Below are positions 7,916 to 15,188 of a stretch of DNA of 32,000 bases, piece by piece. Within the stretch, counting starts at the first letter, position 1. Each line of letters starts with the position of its first letter. The notes under the pieces were generated by a model. That model made no database searches. It was given only the letters and a program-made list of their open reading frames with translations, and was not told where the DNA came from. A program made the position numbers and the translations under genes. The stretch is from the NCBI GenBank assembly GCA_028867785.1, contig JAGWFS010000002.1, positions 116,678-148,677 of the forward strand, given 5' to 3'. Source of the stretch: Nitrososphaerota archaeon. Its GTDB lineage: Archaea > Thermoproteota > Nitrososphaeria > Nitrososphaerales > Nitrosopumilaceae.

Positions 7916-8075
7916 GGAATATCTCCTAGTGACGTGGCACACCTGAACCAGATTGCCAGTACGCCCATGCACAGAGCGGGGCTGATCTACAATTCAAGTT
8001 TTTCTTTTGTTTTGTATGGATTCATCAAGTTTTGCAATTTTTGATCAAGCTACTTCTTAAGAGATCAGGATATCT

Positions 8076-8432
8076 ATGCAGTTTATGGCAAAATTTGCAT
8101 GCGCTGACTATGGATTTGAATGCAAATACGAAGTAGAAGGTGAGGAAAAAGAGGTAGTCGGACAGTTCATGCAACATTCCTACGATGAGCACGGAATCGA
8201 ATATTCTTATGGCGGCCTCAAGCAATTCCTACTCAGAAAAACCAACTCTGTACCATTACAAACAGGACTTCGCATAGATGAGCAGGATGCAAAAACAATA
8301 ATCTCAATTCTGGATTATGCCTCCACCTTTTTGCCATTGTCTACAATCAGCGATGGAAAGATAGACAATCAGCTGGCACAGAAACTGATCGGAAAGCTGT
8401 CAAGTTCCCTCCCACATCCTGTATCCCAGTAA
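8076..8432 (+). CDS. DUF1059-like small metal-binding protein with a C-terminal extension
   Basis: The N-terminus MAKFACADYGFECKYEVEGEEKEVVGQFMQHSYDEHG matches the DUF1059 pattern (C-x-D-x-G-x-x-C ... H-x(3-4)-H). Confidence 0.6.
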   Translation: MQFMAKFACADYGFECKYEVEGEEKEVVGQFMQHSYDEHGIEYSYGGLKQFLLRKTNSVPLQTGLRIDEQDAKTIISILDYASTFLPLSTISDGKIDNQLAQKLIGKLSSSLPHPVSQ

Positions 8433-8505
8433 TCATAACGACAAACTGACAATTGCAAATTTTTACCAAGGAATTTATGGATACTGGACATGATACATTG
8501 CAATC

Positions 8506-9093
8506 TTGAAAAGGTTCCTTGTGACGCTTGTTGTAATTGTATCTGTCACTGTAGTGGGAGTATTTGCGGCACTGTATAATTCTGAAAATCTAGAGTTTGC
8601 CGGGGCGGGGATAGGACAAGTTAGCGTATCTGGGATGGATATCTCAATGCAGGTATGCAATCACTCCATAGTTCCTGTTACCATGGAAGACGTAGAGGCA
8701 AAACTACATGGAAACACGGGTGATGACGGTTCGCTTGTGCTCAAGGGAAACACCATGATGCCTTTCTCCGTGGGAACATTGCAGGGAACACTTGATTTTA
8801 CTGATTTTAATACCATGAAGACATTCATCGATACATCTTTGGGCAATGCAACCAACACTGACCTTAACGCAACACTTTTTGTCCAGGAAAAAATGCTGGG
8901 AGTTATCCCGCATTCGTACGTGAAAAACTATAGCTTGCCAGAATTTTCAAGTCTCATTTTTGGAAACAGTCCGTGGTCATGCAAGACAAAACAAAACCAC
9001 ACAAGCGAGATAAGACAGCAATTGTCTCTGGTGCAGGAAAGAATGTCAGCTCTAGATCTTGTCTATTCTGACAAAGATCGCAATGGGAAATAA
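8506..9093 (+). CDS. Membrane-anchored protein, possibly LEA_2/NDR1-like fold
   Basis: It has a TTG start and an N-terminal TM anchor (FLVTLVVIVSVTVVGVFAAL) followed by a beta-rich ectodomain. The family assignment is only a pattern impression. Confidence 0.45.
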   Translation: MKRFLVTLVVIVSVTVVGVFAALYNSENLEFAGAGIGQVSVSGMDISMQVCNHSIVPVTMEDVEAKLHGNTGDDGSLVLKGNTMMPFSVGTLQGTLDFTDFNTMKTFIDTSLGNATNTDLNATLFVQEKMLGVIPHSYVKNYSLPEFSSLIFGNSPWSCKTKQNHTSEIRQQLSLVQERMSALDLVYSDKDRNGK

Positions 9094-9133
9094 AACACAA
9101 CCTGAAAACACGCGCGATTTCATGAAATTGAAA

Positions 9134-9391
9134 CTAGTCTGTCTTTACATTGACTTTTTTGGAATATTGGATTATTTCTGACTGATCAAAGAACCCTACT
9201 ATGCATGGGATGAATCTCTTCTTTATTATCTCGGGATCTGATTCGCCAAGAACCACCCTGTCCCTGTAATCTATTGGATTCATCTCCCGCTTGTACTCGC
9301 TGCAGAGTCCGTGCAGCTGGTCCAAGGTGAGCCTGCCAAGAAGAATCTTGTTTGCCTCATGCTTATTCATAAATGGCGCTAGCCCGCGCAC
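9134..9391 (-). CDS. Hypothetical protein
   Basis: 85-aa ORF of ordinary composition. It is preceded on the same strand by a 30-codon ORF (9408-9500). No family was recognised. Confidence 0.4.
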   Translation of the reverse strand: MRGLAPFMNKHEANKILLGRLTLDQLHGLCSEYKREMNPIDYRDRVVLGESDPEIIKKRFIPCIVGFFDQSEIIQYSKKVNVKTD

Positions 9392-9559
9392 ACTTAAGAT
9401 GTTTTATCTAGTCTTCCTCGTCTATCTCATAGCTGTCAGAATACAGCACGAACGTCTTTCTGCAGAGGCTTTTTCTTGCGGCATATAACACAAAGCTCAT
9501 CCTGTGGTAATTACGTCACGGCAAGTTTTGGGCATTTCTATGTGCCGCGTGATATGCTA

Positions 9560-9647
9560 GGCGTTCCTTGCCTGTGTGGGTAGGGATCGTTCAGGCCATG
9601 GTGTCTGGGTCTGAGTTCCTGTCTTTCATAGGCAAGGAATGTCCGCC
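9560..9647. ncRNA. Candidate structured RNA or leader element (strand unresolved)
   Basis: This is a locally GC-rich, ORF-free stretch in an AT-rich intergenic region. A 10-bp stem (ttccttgcct 9564-9573 with aggcaaggaa 9630-9639) is extended by ggcg (9560-9563) pairing with cgcc (9644-9647). A T-run (tttttgtttt, 9658-9667) follows on the plus strand. Confidence 0.25.
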
Positions 9648-9770
9648 ACTGTGAAACTTTTTGTTTTGCTTATTAGTGATAGGATGAATTTATGAACAAA
9701 ATTTTTATGTCATGAAATGTACGGTTCATTTTAGCAATACTGAATGGGAAACAAAAAAAGTAGGTTGGAT

Positions 9771-9935
9771 CTAAAACTCGATCTTTTCCTTCTCGTTTAG
9801 CAAAAACTTTTTTGATTTTCTTGCTCCTTTGAGATCAAACCAGCTTATCTTCAAAGTCACCTTCTTGCCTTTTACCTCGTCAATAACTATCTTGTCTGCT
9901 AGCTTGACAAGTGCGCTTAATGTTTGATTTGCCAT
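9771..9935 (-). CDS. Hypothetical small basic protein (54 aa)
   Basis: An ATG..TAG ORF not in the supplied track: MANQTLSALVKLADKIVIDEVKGKKVTLKISWFDLKGARKSKKFLLNEKEKIEF. It lies in an otherwise ORF-free gap. No family was recognised. Confidence 0.3.
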   Translation of the reverse strand: MANQTLSALVKLADKIVIDEVKGKKVTLKISWFDLKGARKSKKFLLNEKEKIEF

Positions 9936-10151
9936 TTCGCTTCAGCTGAAATATTTTTCAATTTATTTCTTGGGAATGAATTTTTTGACACTTTGAATTA
10001 AACAAAATTCAACGAAGGCAAGACTGGAATATATTGATAAATCACGAGTAAAAATAGAGTTTTTACATTTATACTATGACAAAACCAGTAATGTTGTGTC
10101 GAAAATGCATATCTTGGCAAGTTTTCACAGGGTGCAGCACCCGATCCGGAG

Positions 10152-10901
10152 ATGACCACCTCGAATCTTTCAAAATGCTATGAAATTCTTGGACTGGGGC
10201 CTGACGCATCAATGAAGGAGATAAGACAGACATACAGGAAGCTGGCACTCCTGTATCATCCTGACAAAAATTTATCAGAAAAAGACGGCGATCAATTCAA
10301 AATGATTACAGACGCATATGAGACACTCAAGGCCCGACACAAGGCTGCAGTAAAATCACAACACAAAAAGTTTGCAGACATGTATCCGGAGGAGGCAATC
10401 TCTTGGTATGATAAAGCCGAGACCCTCTTTGCGATACGCAAGTACGATGAGGCAATATCATGCTATGACAAGGTTACATCTGGCCTGCCGAGGCATGAAA
10501 ATGCCTGGCTCAGAAAAGGCGACTGTTTTTCCAGCCTGAAAATATATGACAAAGCGCTAGAGTGCTATGGCAGGGTTCTGGAAATAAATCCGAACTCGAC
10601 CAGCGCATGGAACCTAAAGGGAATATGTCTTTCTGACATGAAAAGATATGCCGAGGCACTAGAGTCGTTTGACCGTGCAACTGGGTTGAATCCAAACCAA
10701 GCGGCACCATGGAACTTTAAAGGCGTCTGCCTCTATAATCTCAAAAGAAGCAATGAGGCATTGCACTCTTTTGACAAGGCTATAAAAATTGACCCGGGTT
10801 TTGCTTCAGCCTGGTACAACAAGGGAAGCGTCCTGCTAAACATGGGACATGAAAAAGATGGCACCAAATGCATCGCGCAGGCAAAAAAACTGCGAAAATA
10901 A
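10152..10901 (+). CDS. J-domain (DnaJ-like) protein fused to TPR repeats
   Basis: The J domain reads [31 protein letters not shown] and includes the HPD tripeptide. It is followed by ~5 TPR units (e.g. [36 protein letters not shown]). Confidence 0.85.
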   Translation: MTTSNLSKCYEILGLGPDASMKEIRQTYRKLALLYHPDKNLSEKDGDQFKMITDAYETLKARHKAAVKSQHKKFADMYPEEAISWYDKAETLFAIRKYDEAISCYDKVTSGLPRHENAWLRKGDCFSSLKIYDKALECYGRVLEINPNSTSAWNLKGICLSDMKRYAEALESFDRATGLNPNQAAPWNFKGVCLYNLKRSNEALHSFDKAIKIDPGFASAWYNKGSVLLNMGHEKDGTKCIAQAKKLRK

Positions 10902-11034
10902 TTTTATTGCATAATTCCTTCGCAAAATACGTTGTGGTTAAGGCAGTTACTCCAATTCTATCCAGTCAGTCCTTGTGAATTATGTAAACTCTGGATGGTA
11001 TCAACTCGGATGTACTGAATTTGGATCAAAAGTT

Positions 11035-11235
11035 TCAATCTCCGGCTGATGTATTTTTTTGCTTCAGGCGTTTCCACGAAATGACGATTCCAGCTATCAA
11101 AAAGGCTATCATGATTGAACTTACTATTGCGGGAAGAGACCGTGAGAACCTTTCTAAAAATGACAGGAAATTCGGTGGTTCCACTGAGAGTAATAATACG
11201 ATACCAGCACAAAGTATGATGTAGTTGCGTATCAT
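11035..11235 (-). CDS. Hypothetical small membrane protein (2 TM)
   Basis: An internal ATG gives MIRNYIILCAGIVLLLSV...IMIAFLIAGIVISWKRLKQK. It lies immediately downstream of 11286-11756 on the same strand. Confidence 0.3.
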   Translation of the reverse strand: MIRNYIILCAGIVLLLSVEPPNFLSFLERFSRSLPAIVSSIMIAFLIAGIVISWKRLKQKNTSAGD

Positions 11236-11285
11236 ACATGCATCATTTTGTTCGTAGGCATTCTGCACCAAATGGCGCGTGCTAA

Positions 11286-11756
11286 TCAAGCGCCGCCTAT
11301 GTAGTGCATCTTCTCATGGTCTTTATGGTCTGCTTCAAAAAAGGACATGCGACCGCAATGCTGGCACACAAAAAAGCCGTCATTGGAAGCATCATTGCAT
11401 TTGAGCGTCTCCCCGCTCAGCAAGGTTATTGAAATATCCTGATTCATGGCTGTTACCGCAAAATCGTTTTCTCTGTTTGCAAGTTTCAAAAAATCCTTGA
11501 TCGACTTTATTGCCTTGTTAACGTCTAATTCCTCATCTTCTGTCGTTGTCAGAATAAATTCATGGGCTTTTAGTACTGGTACTGCCTCGATTTGTTCAGC
11601 CACATGAACCGCGAGTTTTGACATTGCCGCCTCGGAACCTTTGCATTTTACAACTATCATTTTTTCACGTAATTCGATTGAGACCGCATCGTATTTTTGT
11701 CTTGTCTGTGTTGATCTTATGGAATGATCTTCGCAAAGAGTGTGATTCTTGATCAC
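11286..11756 (-). CDS. Hypothetical protein with a C-terminal C2H2-type zinc finger
   Basis: 156 aa. The C-terminus FVCQHCGRMSFFEADHKDHEKMH has C-x2-C ... H-x(3-4)-H spacing. Confidence 0.55.
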   Translation of the reverse strand: MIKNHTLCEDHSIRSTQTRQKYDAVSIELREKMIVVKCKGSEAAMSKLAVHVAEQIEAVPVLKAHEFILTTTEDEELDVNKAIKSIKDFLKLANRENDFAVTAMNQDISITLLSGETLKCNDASNDGFFVCQHCGRMSFFEADHKDHEKMHYIGGA

Positions 11757-11805
11757 CTCTTATTCATGTCTACACGAGGAATTTCTTATTATGATCTAAT
11801 GCTCT

Positions 11806-11988
11806 ATGGAACACATGGGTAAAGGAATGAACTACAAAAAGTTTCGAGAGTCGCCAGTGGAATATTACAAATCAAATGAAGGAAGGCTAAGCAGGGCAGA
11901 GGTCATAAAAAAACTAGAATCGTTTATCGTCCAAAAACAGGGCGAAGGCCAGGATTTTTTCAACAAGTACGAGATACAGGAAGAATGA
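11806..11988 (+). CDS. Hypothetical small protein
   Basis: 60-aa charged ORF that is the only ORF in its gap. No family was recognised. Confidence 0.3.
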   Translation: MEHMGKGMNYKKFRESPVEYYKSNEGRLSRAEVIKKLESFIVQKQGEGQDFFNKYEIQEE

Positions 11989-12152
11989 TAGGCTATAATT
12001 TTGCAGGTCTGCCATGAATCTGATATTTCACAATTTTGTCGTTTTACCTGTTCTCCTTGTAAGTTTTTGAATTCTTCTATCGATTGTCTGATGTATAGCT
12101 TGTGGTGATATTTGATGAGATCCTTTAACTAGTAACCGCACCCAGTTGGATC

Positions 12153-12494
12153 ATGGGCCAGAAAGGATCGGGAATTGAGAGGTTTCTTGCTCCATCTGTA
12201 AGTAAAATTGAGGAAGAATTGGGGCTACTCCGCGATGAAATTGAAAAAATGAACGAAAAAATAGACAAGACAGGCAGCAGACTTGCAAGACTGGAAGAGG
12301 ATCATAAGCGTCTCATGACAAAGCTGGACGCGCCAAATGGCTGGCTGCCAACTGAATCCCAGGTTTTGATCACTAGCATAAATGAGATGGAAAAACAGGA
12401 CAGGAATGAGATTGATGCCCTAAAGCGCTTCATGGATGTGGCACAAAGAAGGATTGTCATTTTGGAAGCCAAAATGAAAGAACTTGGCCAATGA
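12153..12494 (+). CDS. Hypothetical coiled-coil protein
   Basis: The 113 aa have heptad-like, charged, helix-forming sequence at both ends (EEELGLLRDEIEKMNEKIDK...; ...RRIVILEAKMKELGQ). Confidence 0.5.
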   Translation: MGQKGSGIERFLAPSVSKIEEELGLLRDEIEKMNEKIDKTGSRLARLEEDHKRLMTKLDAPNGWLPTESQVLITSINEMEKQDRNEIDALKRFMDVAQRRIVILEAKMKELGQ

Positions 12495-12625
12495 ACTGGT
12501 CAAAAACATCTTTTTCAACACTGCAGTCTTTTCATCATGGTTGTGTTTTTCTTCCGCTTAACTGTTTTACATAGAATAGATCCAACAGATTGCTAGGTGA
12601 TAAAAAACCAATTTGATATTTAGAA

Positions 12626-12647
12626 CCTGCCTAACATTGTTAATCCA
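12626..12647 (+). promoter_or_regulatory. Shared promoter-proximal motif, copy 1 (cctgcctaac-att-gttaatcca)
   Basis: 19 of 22 positions are identical to 12923-12944. It contains the palindromic core TAAC-N3-GTTA, is followed directly by a TATA-like aatataataaa, and ends 53 nt before the ATG at 12701. Confidence 0.5.
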
Positions 12648-12700
12648 AATATAATAAAGTGAATTAGAAAGTTAATCTCAAGAAATTGTTTAATCGGGCA

Positions 12701-12826
12701 ATGGGCGAGGCAGTGGTCAGTGTCTTTGTCTATATTGGAATAGGATCGGGAATATTGCTAGTGGGTGCAATTGGATTATTTCTACTTGGGGATGAAATCC
12801 GTAAGATTTCCAGGTTTAGAATTTGA
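12701..12826 (+). CDS. Tiny membrane protein (41 aa)
   Basis: An ORF not in the track: MGEAVVSVFVYIGIGSGILLVGAIGLFLLGDEIRKISRFRI. It has one TM helix, a motif plus TATA upstream, and shares Y-x-GIG with the 12987 product. Confidence 0.35.
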   Translation: MGEAVVSVFVYIGIGSGILLVGAIGLFLLGDEIRKISRFRI

Positions 12827-12922
12827 TTCATGATTGTGACAAACACGTCAGTTGAATCTTACTGCAAGTCATATCATCTGTCTGTCATGATGCGCAGCCT
12901 GCTGTCATGACAATATAAAATT

Positions 12923-12944
12923 CCTGCCTAACTCGGTTAATCCA
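12923..12944 (+). promoter_or_regulatory. Shared promoter-proximal motif, copy 2 (cctgcctaac-tcg-gttaatcca)
   Basis: See copy 1. It is followed by the TATA-like ttaatagaaa and ends 42 nt before the ATG at 12987. Confidence 0.5.
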
Positions 12945-12986
12945 GCCTTAATAGAAATCATGTAGTAATCACTGTGAAGATTCTAC

Positions 12987-13184
12987 ATGAACAAGGCGAC
13001 GTACTATGCGGGAATTGGAATTGCATCAGCTGCATTTCTGTTTCTCATCTTTACAGAAATGAAATGGCACGCGGAGCCAGGCGTTGTTGGCGGCTTGATT
13101 GCTGCTGTAATAGTGGGCGGATGCATCCTCATGGCCTTTTCAGATAAAATTGAAAAAACAGACAAGATGAGCAAGACTTACTGA
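12987..13184 (+). CDS. Small membrane protein (65 aa, 2 TM), convergent with amoA
   Basis: It has two hydrophobic helices (YYAGIGIASAAFLFLIF; VVGGLIAAVIVGGCILMAF) and the conserved upstream motif. Confidence 0.5.
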   Translation: MNKATYYAGIGIASAAFLFLIFTEMKWHAEPGVVGGLIAAVIVGGCILMAFSDKIEKTDKMSKTY

Positions 13185-13262
13185 CGCGTATAGGTTGCAT
13201 CATTGCGGATGGCGAATTACGGGATGTTATTCAGATCTGAAAATCGTTGTAAAAAGAGTTTT

Positions 13263-13300
13263 TTCGTGACTTTGCTTCATTTCACGGAAAAGAAAAGGGA
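13263..13300. terminator. Intergenic hairpin and T-tracts between convergent genes (amoA 3' end)
   Basis: The plus strand reads ttttcgtga...tcacggaaaag (cgtga/tcacg stem with flanking T/A runs). On the minus strand, directly after the amoA stop, the sequence is cccttttcttttcc, which resembles an archaeal oligo-T terminator. Confidence 0.4.
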
Positions 13301-13302
13301 GG

Positions 13303-13953
13303 TTAGTCCCACTTGGACCAAGCGGCCATCCACCTATAAGTCCAGGTTGTAAGTTTGCAACCTAGTGCGGTTATAGGCACAGTCAGGACCGCTCCAGCGC
13401 CTGCAGCAAGAGCCACAGGACTGTCATAGAACTTGCCTACCTGCGGTTCTATTGGGGTCATGTATGGTGGAAGTGTTGTTCTTGGATATTTGAAAGCAGT
13501 CTCCAACGGATCATTTATTGTCAGTAAATTGAGCATGTTGAACATTGGCAGAGACATTCCACACAGCACGCCGCCTACCAAGATCAACATGTGCTTGTTT
13601 CTCTTGGTTGCCCAATATGCAAGATCCATCAGTATGGCTGACGGTATGAATATTGGTACGACGATGAAGCTGTACGGATATCCTAGGGAGAACCACGCAC
13701 CTTTTGCAATCCATATGTACACTGTCATTATCAGCGCATAGTAGGTTGCCGTTCCTGGCACGCCAGTGAACGTAAGGTAGTATGCTGCACCGACGGCGAG
13801 CATCGTTGACTGGCCTATGGAGAAAATCACAAACGATGTCCAGGCCCAGTCGGTGTAGAACTCATAGTCTCCCGTGTTGATTGTCAACAAGGTTGAGTTG
13901 ACTGCTACAACTACTATGAATAAGTAGTGTGTGCATCTTCGTAACCAGACCAT
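13303..13953 (-). CDS. amoA: Ammonia monooxygenase subunit A (archaeal type)
   Basis: The 216 aa are near-collinear with archaeal AmoA as I know it: MVWLRRCTHYLFIVVVAVNSTLLTIN.GDY.FYTDWAWTSF...FTGVPGTATYY...AKGAWF.LGYPY.FIVVP...YWATKRNKH...MFNM.NLL...DPLE.AFKYPR.TLPPYMTPIEPQVGKFY.SPVAL..GAGAVL.VPI.ALG.KL.TWTYRWMAA. Confidence 0.97.
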   Translation of the reverse strand: MVWLRRCTHYLFIVVVAVNSTLLTINTGDYEFYTDWAWTSFVIFSIGQSTMLAVGAAYYLTFTGVPGTATYYALIMTVYIWIAKGAWFSLGYPYSFIVVPIFIPSAILMDLAYWATKRNKHMLILVGGVLCGMSLPMFNMLNLLTINDPLETAFKYPRTTLPPYMTPIEPQVGKFYDSPVALAAGAGAVLTVPITALGCKLTTWTYRWMAAWSKWD

Positions 13954-13974
13954 TTGATTTCCAATTGTGTTGTG

Positions 13975-13987
13975 ATTTTATTTAAAA
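13975..13987 (-). promoter_or_regulatory. Putative amoA TATA box
   Basis: The minus strand reads ttttaaataaaat, 22-34 nt upstream of the amoA ATG. This implies a leaderless or very short-leader mRNA. Confidence 0.5.
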
Positions 13988-14217
13988 CCTGACAGTCAAC
14001 CATTAAATGTCATCATGACACAATAAAGAACAATCTGCGGAGTTGACTGTGAATTACTTCATAATTCCAGCGTCTCAGCCAGACAAAACTCCGTAGATTA
14101 ATTATTGAAAAATTGTGCTACGATGAGTTACATTTAATTTCATTGTATTTCATGCAGCCCAAATGACAACAGCAAAAAATTTTAAAAAATATTGTGCATG
14201 ATCATATTTAAGAAAAG

Positions 14218-14232
14218 ATTAACTATGTTAAT
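14218..14232 (+). promoter_or_regulatory. Shared promoter-proximal motif, copy 3 (attaac-tat-gttaat, perfect palindrome)
   Basis: It has the same TAAC-N3-GTTAAT core as copies 1 and 2. It is followed by the TATA-like aaaataaata and ends 46 nt before the ATG at 14279. Confidence 0.4.
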
Positions 14233-14278
14233 CAGAAAATAAATAGTAACTAGCAAAAAAATTAAGCCTAGATACCTG

Positions 14279-14485
14279 ATGGAATTTCAATTATTAAATA
14301 TTAAAAAGATAAACAAATGGATCTTCATCCCGATTATTCTTGCCATCTTGGGCTCTACATCATTTGAAGCAACAAGGATCCACGACTCGGAGTTGTTCAT
14401 TGCTTCCGTAACTATGCTTGCACTTGTGTGCTGGATAACATTTGTTAGTTTGTGTGTAGCGGGTGTTGGAAGAATTCTAAAGTAG
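14279..14485 (+). CDS. Small membrane protein (68 aa, 2 TM), divergent from amoA
   Basis: It has two hydrophobic helices (WIFIPIILAILGSTSF; VTMLALVCWITFVSLCVAGV) and the upstream motif. Confidence 0.45.
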   Translation: MEFQLLNIKKINKWIFIPIILAILGSTSFEATRIHDSELFIASVTMLALVCWITFVSLCVAGVGRILK

Positions 14486-14633
14486 ACTCAAAAACGCTTG
14501 CAATTGATTGCTGGCAGAATTAGAACCGACTCGACACAGAACAATATTGCGTTCAAATGAAAACAATTGATATCAAAATACATTCCGTGCTTTATAATGG
14601 ATATAATAATGACCTTGCCCAATCCATAATATA

Positions 14634-15029
14634 GTGAAAAGCAAGATATCTGACATTCTTGCGATTGTTGCCATGGCCCTCCTGGTTACTTATATTGCAG
14701 ACGCAGCGGTGGGACAGGGAAAGGCGGGATTTCTACCTATGAGCGCAGAGCAGAGGGGAATGATATTTGGTATGACGTCCATTGTTCTGTTCTTTGCATC
14801 GTTTGGAACCGGATTTGGCCAAATGTCAAAACTTGCAACATTCCTTCTGATTGCAGGAGGCGCCCTGATGGGGACTTCCGTACTGGGGGCTACCGCAATG
14901 GGACATGGCGGACTTGCACACATCTCTGCATCGTTTGCAGGAATAATAGTAATAGGATATGTCATAATGGGGCTTGGAATATTCAAGCTGATCTACAAGA
15001 ACAGGACTGCCCAGAAGAACATTCACTAG
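14634..15029 (+). CDS. Hypothetical integral membrane protein (about 4 TM, Gly-rich)
   Basis: The 131 aa (GTG start in the track; an alternative ATG lies at 14673) contain four hydrophobic, Gly-rich segments. No family was recognised. Confidence 0.55.
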   Translation: MKSKISDILAIVAMALLVTYIADAAVGQGKAGFLPMSAEQRGMIFGMTSIVLFFASFGTGFGQMSKLATFLLIAGGALMGTSVLGATAMGHGGLAHISASFAGIIVIGYVIMGLGIFKLIYKNRTAQKNIH

Positions 15030-15188
15030 ATCTTTCCTTGTATGAATAGACAAGACAAAAGAAGATCGAATCACAACCCATTTGGGTTGATGGGAAACAG
15101 TCAGGCCTAAAATGATTTAAAAATTGGGTAACATTGGTTCACAAATATTAAATTTGTAATGCGGACTGGTGTATTGTGAGAGACTGCC

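Noticed and set aside
9291-9488. The 65-aa plus-strand ORF opposite 9134-9391.
   Set aside because: It is antisense to a more protein-like ORF, is Leu/Ser/Phe/Cys-rich, and has no motif support.
10076-10177. A 33-codon ORF ([35 protein letters not shown]) overlapping the start of the J-domain gene, considered as a possible zinc-ribbon peptide.
   Set aside because: It has only three Cys with non-canonical spacing, overlaps the well-supported DnaJ-TPR start in another frame, and has no supporting signal.
12883-14020. The TGTCATGA(TG) motif recurring upstream of the 12987 gene (12883-12892, 12903-12912) and, on the other strand, upstream of amoA (14008-14020), considered as a shared operator.
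   Set aside because: The same 10-mer tgtcatgatg also occurs inside a coding region at 4427-4436 (encoding LVMM). With only 3-4 occurrences and differing spacing to the starts, I cannot distinguish signal from chance. Only the local palindrome is reported under the amoA promoter finding.
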